This document shows, one piece after another, positions 26,667 to 37,279 of a DNA stretch of 64,000 nt; positions within the stretch are counted from its first letter, which is position 1, and each line of letters opens with the position of its first letter. This DNA comes from Bdellovibrio sp. (GTDB lineage Bacteria; Bdellovibrionota; Bdellovibrionia; Bdellovibrionales; Bdellovibrionaceae). Made by a program: the position numbers and the translations under genes. The notes under the pieces were generated by a model. The model did no database searches. It had not been told where the DNA came from and saw nothing but the letters and a program-made list of their open reading frames with translations. Location of the stretch: assembly GCA_036677065.1 (NCBI GenBank), contig JAKFBS010000001.1, positions 1 to 64,000 on the forward strand, read 5' to 3'.

Positions 26667-27611
26667 ATGGCACACGCAAGAAAAAAAATCGCCGTTATTG
26701 GCGCAGGTTTCGTAGGATCAACAACTGCTCACTGGGCAGCTCAAAAAGAATTAGGTGATGTAGTTCTTTTAGATGTTAACGAAGGCGCGGCTATCGGAAA
26801 ATCTTTAGACTTAGCTCAAGCAGCTACTATGGAAATGTTTGATACAAAAATCAAAGGCACTTCTAATTACGCTGATATCGCAAATTCTGATATCGTGATC
26901 GTTACTGCAGGTATGCCACGTAAACCAGGCATGAGCCGTGATGAATTAATCGGAATCAACGCAAAAATCGTTAAAGATGTTTGCGCTGGCATTAAACAAC
27001 ACGCTCCAAACTCAATCGTTATCGTAGTTTGTAACCCAATGGATGTTATGGCTTTATATGCTAAGCAACAATTGGGTTTCCCACGTGAGCGCGTTTTAGG
27101 TATGGGCGGTTGTTTAGATTCAGCTCGCTTCCGTACATTCATCGCTGAAGAGTGCGGTGTTTCATATAAAGACGTAACTGGTGTTGTTGTTGGTAACCAC
27201 GGCGATGCCATGGTTCCATTAGTTCGCACAGCTTCTGTTGGTTCAGTTCCTTTAATGGATATGTTACCGGCTGATAAAATTGCTGCAATTGTTGCTCGCA
27301 CAAAATCTGCGGGCGCAGAAATTGGTGGCCACTTAAAAACTGGTTCAGCATATTACGCTCCTTCTCGCGGTGCTGTTGAAATGGCTGAAGCTATTTTAAA
27401 AGATCAAAAACGCGTATTACCTGTAGCTGTTGAGTTAAAAGGTGAATTCGGCGTTAACGACGGCATGATGGTTGGTGTTATGTGCGTTATCGGCGGTAAA
27501 GGTTTAGAAAAAATCATCGATTACAAATTCAATGCTGACGAAAAAGCTGAATTTGAAAAATCAGTAAATGCAGTTCGCACATTATGCGAAGGCTTGAAAG
27601 CAGTTCAATAA
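26667..27611 (+). CDS. mdh: Malate dehydrogenase (LDH-like)
   Basis: [37 protein letters not shown]; start ATG 26667. Confidence 0.96.
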   Translation: MAHARKKIAVIGAGFVGSTTAHWAAQKELGDVVLLDVNEGAAIGKSLDLAQAATMEMFDTKIKGTSNYADIANSDIVIVTAGMPRKPGMSRDELIGINAKIVKDVCAGIKQHAPNSIVIVVCNPMDVMALYAKQQLGFPRERVLGMGGCLDSARFRTFIAEECGVSYKDVTGVVVGNHGDAMVPLVRTASVGSVPLMDMLPADKIAAIVARTKSAGAEIGGHLKTGSAYYAPSRGAVEMAEAILKDQKRVLPVAVELKGEFGVNDGMMVGVMCVIGGKGLEKIIDYKFNADEKAEFEKSVNAVRTLCEGLKAVQ

Positions 27612-28771
27612 TGAATATTCATGAGTTCCAAGCTAAAGAAGTTTTAAGAAATTTCGGCGTAGCTACTTTAAAAGGTAAACTTGCTTTCACTCCAGAAGAA
27701 GCAGTTGCTGCAGCTAAAGAAATCGGTGGATCAGTTTGGGTTGTTAAAGCCCAAATCCACGCTGGTGGCCGCGGTAAAGGCGGCGGCGTTAAAGTTGCAA
27801 AAACATTAGAAGAAGTTCGCGAATTATCGCAAAAAATTCTAGGTATGACATTAGTGACCCACCAAACAGGCCCTGAAGGTAAAAAAGTTCAAAAAGTTTT
27901 TATCGAAGCTGGTTGCAACATCGCTAAAGAATACTACGTTGCTTGCTTAATTGACCGTGAAACTGGTCGTGTAGCGATGATGGCGTCTTCTGAAGGCGGC
28001 ATGGATATCGAAGAAGTAGCAGAACACAATCCAAATGCTATCGTAAAAGTTGATATCGATCCAACAACTGGTTTAGGCGCATGGCAAGCTCGCGAATTAG
28101 CGTTCAAAATCGGCATGGGGCCTGAAGTTGTTAATAAAGCCGTAAAATTCATGATGGGATTATACGAAGCTTTCGTTAAACACGATTGTTCTATCGCTGA
28201 AATTAATCCCCTAGTTGTAACTAAAGAAAATGATGTTATTTGCTTAGATGCAAAAATGAATTTCGATTCAAATGCATTATACCGTCAGCCACAAATTCTT
28301 GAAATGCGCGATTTAAACGAAGAAGAAGCGACTGAAATCGAAGCTTCTAAATTTGATCTAGCTTTCATTAAATTAGATGGCAACATCGGCTGTTTAGTAA
28401 ATGGCGCAGGTTTAGCGATGGCTACTCTAGATATCATTAAACTTCACGGTGCATCTCCTGCGAACTTCTTAGATGTTGGCGGCGGAGCTAACAAAGAAAA
28501 AGTAACAAACGCATTTAAAATCATCCTTAAAGACAAAAACGTTAAAGGAATTTTAGTAAATATTTTCGGTGGTATCATGAAATGTGATGTGATCGCTGAA
28601 GGTGTTATCGCCGCTTCTAAAGAAGTTGGTTTAAAAGTTCCATTAGTGGTTCGTTTAGAAGGTACTAACGTTGAACTTGGTAAAAAAATCTTAGCTGACA
28701 GTGGTTTAAACATCATTCCTGCAAACGATTTAACAGATGCTGCGAAAAAAATTACCGCAGCCATTAAGTAG
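27611..28771 (+). CDS. sucC: Succinyl-CoA synthetase beta subunit
   Basis: [40 protein letters not shown]. Confidence 0.97.
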   Translation: MNIHEFQAKEVLRNFGVATLKGKLAFTPEEAVAAAKEIGGSVWVVKAQIHAGGRGKGGGVKVAKTLEEVRELSQKILGMTLVTHQTGPEGKKVQKVFIEAGCNIAKEYYVACLIDRETGRVAMMASSEGGMDIEEVAEHNPNAIVKVDIDPTTGLGAWQARELAFKIGMGPEVVNKAVKFMMGLYEAFVKHDCSIAEINPLVVTKENDVICLDAKMNFDSNALYRQPQILEMRDLNEEEATEIEASKFDLAFIKLDGNIGCLVNGAGLAMATLDIIKLHGASPANFLDVGGGANKEKVTNAFKIILKDKNVKGILVNIFGGIMKCDVIAEGVIAASKEVGLKVPLVVRLEGTNVELGKKILADSGLNIIPANDLTDAAKKITAAIK

Positions 28772-28779
28772 GATTTAAA

Positions 28780-29649
28780 ATGGCGATTTTAATTAATAAA
28801 AATACAAAAGTTATGTGCCAAGGTCTTACAGGATCTCAAGGTTCATTTCACTCATTACAATGTAAAGCATACGGAACACAAATGGTTGCAGGCGTTACAC
28901 CTGGTAAAGGTGGAACTACTCACGAAGGTATTCCAGTATTTAACACGGTAAAAGAAGCAAAATTAAAAACTGGCGCAACAGTTTCTATGATTTTCGTTCC
29001 ACCTCCATTTGCTGCTGATTCTATCTTAGAAGCAGTTGATGCTGATTTAGATTTAGTGATCTGTATCACTGAAGGTATTCCAGTATTAGACATGGTTAAG
29101 GTTAAGAAATACATGCAAGGCAAACGCACTCGTTTAATCGGCCCGAACTGCCCTGGCGTTATCACTCCAGAAGCTTGTAAAATCGGGATCATGCCTGGCC
29201 ACATCCACAAAGCAGGTCGTATTGGTGTGCTATCACGTTCTGGTACCTTAACTTACGAAGCTGTAGGTCAACTTTCAGCTTTAGGTTTAGGCCAATCAAC
29301 TTGTGTTGGTATCGGCGGAGACCCGGTTAACGGAACAAACTTTATCGATATGTTAAAACTATTCAACGCAGATCCAGATACTGATGCAGTTATCATGATC
29401 GGCGAAATCGGTGGAACAGCAGAAGAAGAAGCAGCTGAATACATCAAAAAAGAATTCAAAAAACCAGTAGCAGTTTTCATTGCGGGTGCTTCGGCTCCTC
29501 CAGGAAAACGTATGGGTCATGCCGGAGCTATCATTAGCGGCGGTAAAGGCACAGCAGAAGCTAAATTCGCTGCTTTAGAGGCAGCTGGTTGTAAGATTTC
29601 TCGTTCTCCGGCTGATATGGGAACGACTCTTAAATCGATGTTGAAATAG
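28780..29649 (+). CDS. sucD: Succinyl-CoA synthetase alpha subunit
   Basis: [22 protein letters not shown]. Confidence 0.97.
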   Translation: MAILINKNTKVMCQGLTGSQGSFHSLQCKAYGTQMVAGVTPGKGGTTHEGIPVFNTVKEAKLKTGATVSMIFVPPPFAADSILEAVDADLDLVICITEGIPVLDMVKVKKYMQGKRTRLIGPNCPGVITPEACKIGIMPGHIHKAGRIGVLSRSGTLTYEAVGQLSALGLGQSTCVGIGGDPVNGTNFIDMLKLFNADPDTDAVIMIGEIGGTAEEEAAEYIKKEFKKPVAVFIAGASAPPGKRMGHAGAIISGGKGTAEAKFAALEAAGCKISRSPADMGTTLKSMLK

Positions 29650-29676
29650 TTTTTCACTTTAGTGATGAACTAATTG

Positions 29677-29710
29677 AAACCCTGCACGCAAGTGTGGGGT
29701 TTTTTATTTT
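29677..29710 (+). terminator. Intrinsic terminator after sucD
   Basis: AAACCCTGCAC-GCAA-GTGTGGGGTTT plus T-run. Confidence 0.85.
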
Positions 29711-30207
29711 TAAATTCCTATTTTTTTAGATTCAAACTCGGGAACAATCATTAGCTGCTCAATAGCTTTAAAGACTTCTTTAAATTGTGAATCATATTTA
29801 CTTTCTAGAATCGAAAGCTTCTTTGAAAGCTCGGTATGCGAAATTATGAACTCTCGCAGTTGAACAAATGAGCGCACAACTTGAATACTTGCTTCGATCG
29901 CAATTGGACTACTCAAAACGCTGGCTAACATTAAAGCCCCATGTTCCGTGAATACATACGGCAAGGTACGGCGTCCTCCATAGCCCAAACTTGAGGTTCC
30001 AGCCTGGAACCTCAAGTTTGCAGCCTCAGAAGTTGAAAGCTGAAACATGAAATCCGGTGTAAAGCGCTCCGGGTTTCGTTTTACGGCCTTATTCAAATTT
30101 TTAGTTTGGACACCGTATATTCGAGCTAAATCAGAATCCAACATAACTTTTTGCTTTCGAACTATAAAAATGCACTTTTCTATTTCTGTTTTTGAAGTTT
30201 TTTTCAT
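29710..30207 (-). CDS. ORF6N (KilA-N-like) DNA-binding domain protein
   Basis: KVMLDSDLA.IYGV.TK.LN.AVKRN.ERF.PDFMFQL, PYVFTEHGA.ML. Confidence 0.9.
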   Translation of the reverse strand: MKKTSKTEIEKCIFIVRKQKVMLDSDLARIYGVQTKNLNKAVKRNPERFTPDFMFQLSTSEAANLRFQAGTSSLGYGGRRTLPYVFTEHGALMLASVLSSPIAIEASIQVVRSFVQLREFIISHTELSKKLSILESKYDSQFKEVFKAIEQLMIVPEFESKKIGI

Positions 30208-30223
30208 ATGTAAAACCCTCAAG

Positions 30224-30239
30224 AGCAATTAGTCCGCCA
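30224..30239 (-). promoter_or_regulatory. sigma54-type promoter
   Basis: TGGCGGACTAATTGCT (GG-N10-GC) upstream of ORF6N gene. Confidence 0.55.
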
Positions 30240-30350
30240 ATCCTTGTATATTTAACCAGCAAATATGCCTAATTTTTAAAGTTTGACCTCCTCACTTCTG
30301 CCGTTTAAACCTATCGAGTAACCAAAAAACCCCTATTAAAGGAGCCCTAA

Positions 30351-30782
30351 ATGGCAATCGAAAGAACATTTTCAATCATCAAACCTAACGCTGTTAAAAA
30401 GAACGTAATCGGCGATATCATCAACACTTTTGAAACTAAAGGTTTACGCATTGGCGGAGCTAAATTAGGTATGTTATCTCGTGAAAAATGCGAATTATTC
30501 TACGCTGAACACGCAGCACGTCCTTTTTTCGGTGAACTAGTATCTTTCATGACTTCTGGTCCTGTTGTAATGATGTGCTTAGTTGGTGAAAACGCAGTTT
30601 TAAAAAACCGCGAAATCATGGGTGCAACTGATCCTAAAAAAGCTGATCCAGGAACTATCCGCGCTAAACACGGTGATTCTATGGGTGAAAATGCAGTTCA
30701 TGGTTCTGATTCAGTAGCTTCTGCTGAGCGTGAATTAGCGATTTTCTTCGATAAACACGAATTAGCAAACTTAAATATGTAA
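30351..30782 (+). CDS. ndk: Nucleoside diphosphate kinase
   Basis: [27 protein letters not shown]. Confidence 0.97.
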   Translation: MAIERTFSIIKPNAVKKNVIGDIINTFETKGLRIGGAKLGMLSREKCELFYAEHAARPFFGELVSFMTSGPVVMMCLVGENAVLKNREIMGATDPKKADPGTIRAKHGDSMGENAVHGSDSVASAERELAIFFDKHELANLNM

Positions 30783-30810
30783 TACCTGCTTTCAGCAGGG
30801 GTGTAATTTA

Positions 30811-32019
30811 ATGAAGAGACAGGATAACAAAAATCCTCATTCAAATAAGAAAAGGGACTCTGAATTAGAGTCCCTTTTACATTCTGAGCATACTATCACT
30901 ATTGAAAAATTAGCGGTGGGTGGTTCAGGCATCGGTCGTATTGATTTTCAGGATAAAAAATTAGTCGTTTTTATTCCAAAATCAGCTCCTGAAGACCAAG
31001 TTCGCGTGCGTATTACTCATGTCGAAAAAAACTTTCTTAATGGCGAAATCGTTCAGATCTTAACGCCAAGCCCTTACCGACGCGAAGCACCCTGCCCGTA
31101 TTTTAAAGACTGTGGCGGCTGCTCTTGGCAGCACATTGATGAAAAACATCAAATCACACAAAAAGAATTAATCTTAACTGACCTTTTGAAAAAGTTTTTG
31201 CCTGAGCAAAAATATGAATTACTACCGACGGTGGTTGGTGCACAAAATTTCGAATACAGAAATCGCATTCAACTTAAACAATTCGGCAAGCAGCTGGGTT
31301 ATTTTAAACCTGAGTCGCATGACTTAGTCGATATTGATGACTGTATGATCGCTGAAAAGCCACTACGTGACTGGCTTAAGACAAATAAATCGAAAATTCG
31401 CCCGAGTGATAAGCTGCGTAAGCATGAATTAAAAATCAATGCTGATGGTAAGGTCGAATTTTACCCGATCGGCGCGCAAAGCGAAGGTTTATCGTTTTCA
31501 CAGGTGAACCGCTTTGTGAATGCTACACTTGTTGAGACTACTGTGAATCTGGTTAAAGGCGCTCAACCAAAAACTATGACCGAATTTTATGCCGGTAGCG
31601 GAAATTTTACGTTCGCTTTAGGCCAAATTTCGAAAGATTTACAGATTGACGCAATCGAGCTAAACCCTGATCTGACCCAAAAAGCCGTCGATTTCATTAA
31701 AGCGCAAAAACTTCATAAACAAATTAAATTTTATACGACTAAATCCGAATTATTTCCTCTACGCAATACAATGTCTTCAGATCTGATCATGTTAGATCCC
31801 CCACGCCAAGGCTGTGAAAAATCACTTTTACTAAAAATTGCCGAGACAAAACCAAAGTTTTTACTCTATATCAGCTGTCATCCAGTGTCGTTAGTGCGCG
31901 ATTTACAAGTTCTAACGCAAAATGGTTTTCACTTCGAAATTCAACATTTGCAGATCTTCGATATGTTTCCACAAACTGATCATTTCGAAACTCTTTGTCT
32001 CGTAAAATTAGCTCACTGA
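30811..32019 (+). CDS. TRAM-domain RNA m5U methyltransferase (RlmD/TrmA family)
   Basis: CPYF..CGGC, YRNR, SFSQVN, LDPPRQG, YISC, DMFPQTDHFE. Confidence 0.9.
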   Translation: MKRQDNKNPHSNKKRDSELESLLHSEHTITIEKLAVGGSGIGRIDFQDKKLVVFIPKSAPEDQVRVRITHVEKNFLNGEIVQILTPSPYRREAPCPYFKDCGGCSWQHIDEKHQITQKELILTDLLKKFLPEQKYELLPTVVGAQNFEYRNRIQLKQFGKQLGYFKPESHDLVDIDDCMIAEKPLRDWLKTNKSKIRPSDKLRKHELKINADGKVEFYPIGAQSEGLSFSQVNRFVNATLVETTVNLVKGAQPKTMTEFYAGSGNFTFALGQISKDLQIDAIELNPDLTQKAVDFIKAQKLHKQIKFYTTKSELFPLRNTMSSDLIMLDPPRQGCEKSLLLKIAETKPKFLLYISCHPVSLVRDLQVLTQNGFHFEIQHLQIFDMFPQTDHFETLCLVKLAH

Positions 32020-32062
32020 AGGGTTGACTCGACTAAGCCTTAAAAGGCTTAATTAAAGGAGT

Positions 32063-32827
32063 ATGTTTTTACTTCGCCTGAGTCTCATCATCTTTTTGTT
32101 TTCATCATGCAAATCGCTTTTTAGTAGCGATCGTTCTGAAGAACGTGCACAATTACGCCAACAATTGGGTGTTTCGTATATGCAGCAAGGCAACTACCCC
32201 CTAGCTTTAAAAGAATTATTAGCCGCCGAAGAATTAGATCCAGAAAATCCGCAAATCCAAAATAATTTAGGCATGCTGTATTTCGTGCGCGATAAATTAG
32301 AACTTTCGGCAAAACACTTTGCACGCGCTTATGAATTAGATAAAAAATTTACCGATGCTAAAAATAATTTGGCTCGCGTTTATATCGAATTAAAACAATT
32401 TGCCATCGCCCAACGTCTACTTGAAGAAGTATTGGCAGATCTAACTTATCAATTTCAGATTAAAGCTGATATGAATTACGGTTTATTAGAATTTAACCGT
32501 AGTCGATTTAAAGAAGCTAAAAAACATTTCAAAAAAGTTTTAATGCAAGATCGTGAAGATTGTTTCGCGCAAGTTTTTCTTGGACGCTCGTTTTTAGAAC
32601 TTAAAGAAAACAGAGCTGCCGTCGACCAATTAGAAAAGGCGACAACATTTTGCAAAATGGTAGGTATTGACGATGCTCATTATTTTTCAGCTATTGCTTT
32701 ATACCGCACTGGCGACAAAGACCAATCTTTGGTTCGCTTTAAAGAACTTTTAAATTTATTTCCTCAAGCAAAATATAGAGAACAATCAAAAAAAATGATC
32801 GACATCATCGAAAAAGGAACACTATGA
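32063..32827 (+). CDS. TPR lipoprotein, PilF/PilW/Tgl-like pilotin
   Basis: Lipobox FSSC; LG..Y.Q.G.Y..A, NNLG TPRs; lies between ndk and rodZ-like gene. Confidence 0.75.
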   Translation: MFLLRLSLIIFLFSSCKSLFSSDRSEERAQLRQQLGVSYMQQGNYPLALKELLAAEELDPENPQIQNNLGMLYFVRDKLELSAKHFARAYELDKKFTDAKNNLARVYIELKQFAIAQRLLEEVLADLTYQFQIKADMNYGLLEFNRSRFKEAKKHFKKVLMQDREDCFAQVFLGRSFLELKENRAAVDQLEKATTFCKMVGIDDAHYFSAIALYRTGDKDQSLVRFKELLNLFPQAKYREQSKKMIDIIEKGTL

Positions 32828-33810
32828 AAATCACCGGCGAATTGCTGAAGTCAGAAAGAATCAAAAAAGACTTATCCATTCAAGATGTAGCTTACGCATT
32901 AAAACTAAGCTCTCGCATTATTCAAGCTATCGAAAATGGCGACACTGATGAACTTCCTGCAAAAACTTTCGTACGTGGATTTGTTAAGAGTTATGCTGAT
33001 TACTTAAAAATTGATAGCGATGTCGTATTAAAACAATTTCAAGAAGAAATGGGATCAACGCACCCGGTTCCCAAAACAATCGCTGCGCCCGTTGGACAAA
33101 CAACTGAACCTACAACACCTATGCCTAATAGTTCAAAAGTAGCTTTCAGACAAAATGTTGAATCAATTAACGGCAAAAAAATGGAAGGTGGCTTAACTCA
33201 AAAGAATGTAATTTATTTTGCAGTTGTCACAAGTTTGGTTATCGTCATTGCCATTATTAATAAAGTTGCTAATCATTATCAAAACGAAATACCGCAAGTC
33301 ACCGACGCTTCTGCTGATGGCGTACCTGTTAACACAGAAGCTGTCGTAGCTTCTTCGCCTTCAGTCGTATCGGCTGAAACAGTTCCTAACGACATCGTTA
33401 GCGCACTAAGTTCTTCTAGCACAATCACTGGTGGTGTTGATATCGAAGCTACTGCAACGGCATCTGCAACAACTGCCGTAACTAGTACAAAACCGGCAAT
33501 CGCCGCTTCTGCTGCAGCGACTGCTCCGGTTAATAATCAACCGCAAAATACTGCGGCGGCTGAAAAATCTAAAGGCCAATCGGTTGAAGTGCTTATTGAA
33601 GCAAAAAAAGACGCTTATATTGATTACGCAAAAGGTAATACTTCTGATTTTAAACGCTTAACTTTAAAAGCAAACACTTATCAAATTTTAAAATCAAAAG
33701 TCGGCTTACACCTGCGCGCTGCTGATGGCAGCGCCGTAAGCATTACAGTAAATGGTGTTAGTAAAGGGCAAATGTCTAACGCGAATAAGTTCGTCGAGAT
33801 GACATTCTAA
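32824..33810 (+). CDS. rodZ: RodZ-like HTH-TM-DUF4115 protein
   Basis: GELLKSER, LPAKTFVRGFVKSYA, single TM, low-complexity linker, C-terminal beta domain. Confidence 0.75.
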   Translation: MKITGELLKSERIKKDLSIQDVAYALKLSSRIIQAIENGDTDELPAKTFVRGFVKSYADYLKIDSDVVLKQFQEEMGSTHPVPKTIAAPVGQTTEPTTPMPNSSKVAFRQNVESINGKKMEGGLTQKNVIYFAVVTSLVIVIAIINKVANHYQNEIPQVTDASADGVPVNTEAVVASSPSVVSAETVPNDIVSALSSSSTITGGVDIEATATASATTAVTSTKPAIAASAAATAPVNNQPQNTAAAEKSKGQSVEVLIEAKKDAYIDYAKGNTSDFKRLTLKANTYQILKSKVGLHLRAADGSAVSITVNGVSKGQMSNANKFVEMTF

Positions 33811-33814
33811 TATA

Positions 33815-35143
33815 GTGTTACAAAAACGAATTCTTAATCTCCTTGCTATTGTCTTATTTATCAAGCTAGTTTTTGCATTGATATTTCCATTAGTCGGCGA
33901 CGAGGCTTATTACTGGTTCTGGGGTCAAAACTTACAACTGAGTTATTTCGATCATCCTGGCATGGTGGCTTGGCTTGCCAGCTTAAGTGATTATTTGCCC
34001 GTTACTCCTAAATGGGCGGCAACTCGTTTAGTATTCGTTGCTTTAAGTATGGTTACTTTTTATGTCTGGCTAAAAGTTTTTATCCAGCACAGACAACACA
34101 GTAAAAATCTCTTACATGAATTAAATATTTTCACGATTTTCTTTATGCTAAATCCATTTCTGGGTTTAGGAAGTGTCTTAATTACTCCTGATGCTCCTTT
34201 ATTGCTATTCTGGGGTTTATCTTCATACTTTGTTTTAAAGATTCTTCGCGAACAAAAATCTGTGCATTACGCTCTATTGGGTATAAGTCTTGGGTTGGGT
34301 TTCTGTTCGAAATACCATATCGTGCTTTTTCCATTAGTTACAATTGTGGCCCTGTACTTTGAAAAAAATCTTAAAGTTTTCTTTTCTAAAAAAACTCTGA
34401 TCACGGTCCTGTTTGGATTATTGTTTTGTCTGCCTGTCTTGATTTGGAATTATCAAAATGACTTTGTGTCTTTTAAATTTCAGCTTAATCATGGTTTAAA
34501 TGAGGCAAAGCCTTACCAGTTTTGGTGGACTTCGACTTATGTGCTAGGTCAGATTTTACTTTTTAATCCAATCCTGGTGTTTGCATTGCTTTTTAATTTC
34601 AAAAAATCTCTTTTTAATATCAGTGCTTTAGCGCAATGGGCATTTTTTCTTTACAGTTCTTTTAAAGCCAAAGTTGAAGCTAATTGGCCCCAGACTTCGC
34701 ACGTTTTAGGTCTGATTGATTTAGATGTAACCCGTAAAAAAATTATTCGTTATTCGCTTTTATACTATGCTGTAATCTGGCTGGCGATTCCGATATTATT
34801 TTTTACTGATTTCGGTAAAAATAAAATTGCCAGGCTGCCAACCAGCCTAACTGTTAATGAAATAGCGCCCGAACTGCAAAAATACCAGCCTCTTTACGGT
34901 CCAACATTTCAGATGTCTTCTTTATTAACCTTACTTACAGACATGCCAGTTTATAAATTACATGGTTTAAGCCGCTATGATTTTTTTGATTCACTGCCAG
35001 GATCACACCCAACTGCACCGTCTTTTTATGTCTTAAAGTACACCTCTTCACCCTGGCCTCTGTTTTATGAAAACTATAGCAAAACTAAAGTCTCAGAGTT
35101 TCCAAAATTTAATTTAGAAGTGTTCGAATTTCGCCATGAATAG
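33815..35143 (+). CDS. ArnT/PMT-like (GT39/GT83) membrane glycosyltransferase
   Basis: DEAYYW.W...L.LSYFDHP, TPDAPL, SKY, EANWP. Confidence 0.85.
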   Translation: MLQKRILNLLAIVLFIKLVFALIFPLVGDEAYYWFWGQNLQLSYFDHPGMVAWLASLSDYLPVTPKWAATRLVFVALSMVTFYVWLKVFIQHRQHSKNLLHELNIFTIFFMLNPFLGLGSVLITPDAPLLLFWGLSSYFVLKILREQKSVHYALLGISLGLGFCSKYHIVLFPLVTIVALYFEKNLKVFFSKKTLITVLFGLLFCLPVLIWNYQNDFVSFKFQLNHGLNEAKPYQFWWTSTYVLGQILLFNPILVFALLFNFKKSLFNISALAQWAFFLYSSFKAKVEANWPQTSHVLGLIDLDVTRKKIIRYSLLYYAVIWLAIPILFFTDFGKNKIARLPTSLTVNEIAPELQKYQPLYGPTFQMSSLLTLLTDMPVYKLHGLSRYDFFDSLPGSHPTAPSFYVLKYTSSPWPLFYENYSKTKVSEFPKFNLEVFEFRHE

Positions 35144-36317
35144 AATATTTTTAATTCTTACGTTTCTGTTGATTTCATTTGTCGTTTACGGCTTTTATAT
35201 TTCACAATTCGAGTTTCGCATTATTCCAATCACGGCAAAAAACGAAGGGCAAGCCACTTTCTTATATGACTACAAGATTGCTTTCGATGTTTATTCAAAT
35301 CTATCTTCAGGCTCAGGAAGTGTGCTTTCAATTGCAGAAGAAGCCAAAAAAGCGCGCTTAGATTTTGTATTAATCTCTAACACCAATAGTTTTTATGATT
35401 TAGATACTGATAAGTATTTATCAGATATTGGTATTTTATCTGGCGCTAAGGTTTTCGACGGCAAAAGATTATTTATCTATTATTCTCCAACAGAAAAGTC
35501 TTTCTTTCAAAAAACGTCTGCAGATTATGCCAATGATGATAAGGCTTTAATTATTGAATCGCATCAGATCAATACTCCCTATGAGCTATCGCAATTAACT
35601 GAAAATAAATTTGATGGCTTGGAAGTGCTAAATTTTAAAAGTATTGCACAAAAATCATGGATTGAATCTCGTATATCTACTATGTGGAGCTTATTGTATT
35701 ACCCCTTCAATCCCCGTTTGGCGTTAACCCGGCTATACAAAGAGCCTTCTGCTGAAATTGCAGTTTTCGACCAATTATCACAATTAAAAAAAGTTAACTT
35801 TTTTGTCGGCGCAGAAGCTACGGCGCGTGCGATTCCATTTGCGGACTGGTTAGTTAAATTTCCAAGTTATGAAATGAGTTTCAATATCGCAAGCCAACAT
35901 GTTTTTTTAACTTCTGAACTAACAGGAGACATTGGTAACGATGCCCAAAAAATCCTTACCGCCCTTAAGCGTGGCCACTCCTATGTGGCCTTTGATGCCT
36001 TAGGTGATCCGACTGGCTTTGAAACTTATATTACAGAAAATCGTAAAAAGTTTTTTACCGGTGATGATATTGTTTTTACAAAAAATTTACGACTATATTA
36101 TAAGCTACCTGCAGAGCCGATTCCATTCTACGAAGTGGTGCTTTTTAAAAATGGTCAGCGTATCGACCACTTAAATACTTTTGAAGGTTTGTTTGCTATT
36201 GATTCGCCGGGTGTCTACCGAATTCAAGTGCGCTTAAGTCCGACGTTTCCGCTACCTGATGCAACCAAGTGGATTACCTGGGTGTACACCAATAATTTCT
36301 ACGTTAATCCTCGCTAG
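35136..36317 (+). CDS. Membrane-anchored PHP-like protein with degenerate metal ligands
   Basis: PHP-like layout (GLEV.N, ALKRGHSYV, W.YTN) but HxH/DH positions replaced. Confidence 0.55.
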   Translation: MNRIFLILTFLLISFVVYGFYISQFEFRIIPITAKNEGQATFLYDYKIAFDVYSNLSSGSGSVLSIAEEAKKARLDFVLISNTNSFYDLDTDKYLSDIGILSGAKVFDGKRLFIYYSPTEKSFFQKTSADYANDDKALIIESHQINTPYELSQLTENKFDGLEVLNFKSIAQKSWIESRISTMWSLLYYPFNPRLALTRLYKEPSAEIAVFDQLSQLKKVNFFVGAEATARAIPFADWLVKFPSYEMSFNIASQHVFLTSELTGDIGNDAQKILTALKRGHSYVAFDALGDPTGFETYITENRKKFFTGDDIVFTKNLRLYYKLPAEPIPFYEVVLFKNGQRIDHLNTFEGLFAIDSPGVYRIQVRLSPTFPLPDATKWITWVYTNNFYVNPR

Positions 36318-36660
36318 GATTGGCGATAATAATTTCGATATCAGTTGCTGGAGTTTCAGGAATTTCAACTTGGCAGGCTAATCTTTCATTGTCTGCAAAA
36401 CCTCTTTCATGTGCACGTTCAGCTTCTAATTCTTCGCGAGGTTTTAAAGTTTCAAGCCCTTTTGTCACGATAATTCGGCACGTTGTACAGCTGGCAAAAC
36501 CGCCACACGACTGACTAATGCCAATTTTGTTAGCGTTTAATAAGTCCAATAAATTTTCTGTTTGTTTAAGTTCGATTTCAGCAACAACGCCTAATTTCGC
36601 ATCGTTGTATTTTAAAACTGTCAGTGTTTTTGTTGATACGCCCACACCTATATGTAACAT
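36304..36660 (-). CDS. 2Fe-2S ferredoxin
   Basis: CGGFASCTTC...RLACQ; real start ATG 36660 or GTG 36645. Confidence 0.85.
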   Translation of the reverse strand: MLHIGVGVSTKTLTVLKYNDAKLGVVAEIELKQTENLLDLLNANKIGISQSCGGFASCTTCRIIVTKGLETLKPREELEAERAHERGFADNERLACQVEIPETPATDIEIIIANPSED

Positions 36661-36667
36661 ATATTGT

Positions 36668-37279
36668 ATGAGATTTATAGCTTTTGACTTAGAAACTACT
36701 GGAACTGTACCTGGCGTAGATAAAATTGTAGAAATCGGTGCCGTACTTATCGATAACGGCCAAGTAGAAGCCGTTTTTTCAACTTTAATTAATCCGTTAA
36801 TTCCGATTCCTCCTGGAGCAACTGCGGTGAATAAAATCACTAATGAAATGGTTGCCGGTAAACCCTTAATCGAAGACGTATTAAATTCATTCGCTGAATT
36901 TTGCGGTAACAATGTGATGGTGGCTCACAATGCACCGTTTGACTGTCAGTTCTTAGTTGCAGATATCAAACGATTTGAATCGTTAGCTCCACAAGGCGTA
37001 GTTGTAGATACATTACCAATGGCTCGTAAACTTATCCCGGGGTTAGCAAATTATAAATTAGGAACTTTAGTACAGCATTTCAAAGTTCAAGCTTCTGAAT
37101 TTCACAGAGCAGAAGAAGATGCGACTTATTGCGGAATGGTTTTCTGGGAAATGGTTAAACGTTTATCTGTAGGTAATCGCGCCCCACAAATTGAAAATTT
37201 AATTCAGTTAACTGGCAAGACTGAATTCAAATTTCCGCAAATTGAACGTCAGCCTAAACAAATGGGTTTCTTATTTTAA
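36668..37279 (+). CDS. DEDDh 3'-5' exonuclease (DnaQ-like)
   Basis: FDLETTG, VAHNAPFD, HRAEEDA; start ATG 36668. Confidence 0.9.
   Translation: MRFIAFDLETTGTVPGVDKIVEIGAVLIDNGQVEAVFSTLINPLIPIPPGATAVNKITNEMVAGKPLIEDVLNSFAEFCGNNVMVAHNAPFDCQFLVADIKRFESLAPQGVVVDTLPMARKLIPGLANYKLGTLVQHFKVQASEFHRAEEDATYCGMVFWEMVKRLSVGNRAPQIENLIQLTGKTEFKFPQIERQPKQMGFLF

Noticed and set aside
26867..29480. Several antisense ORFs within mdh/sucCD (and similar ones in rimO, rng, asnS, S8 and the MMPL gene)
   Set aside because: Typical stop-poor reverse frames of biased coding sequence; no motifs or SD
29710..30207. ORF6N gene as a prophage marker
   Set aside because: Solitary between sucD and ndk with no other phage genes; such orphans are common
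36518..36912. Apparent 395-nt overlap of ferredoxin and exonuclease ORFs
   Set aside because: ORF-caller extensions; conserved domains begin at 36660/36645 and 36668
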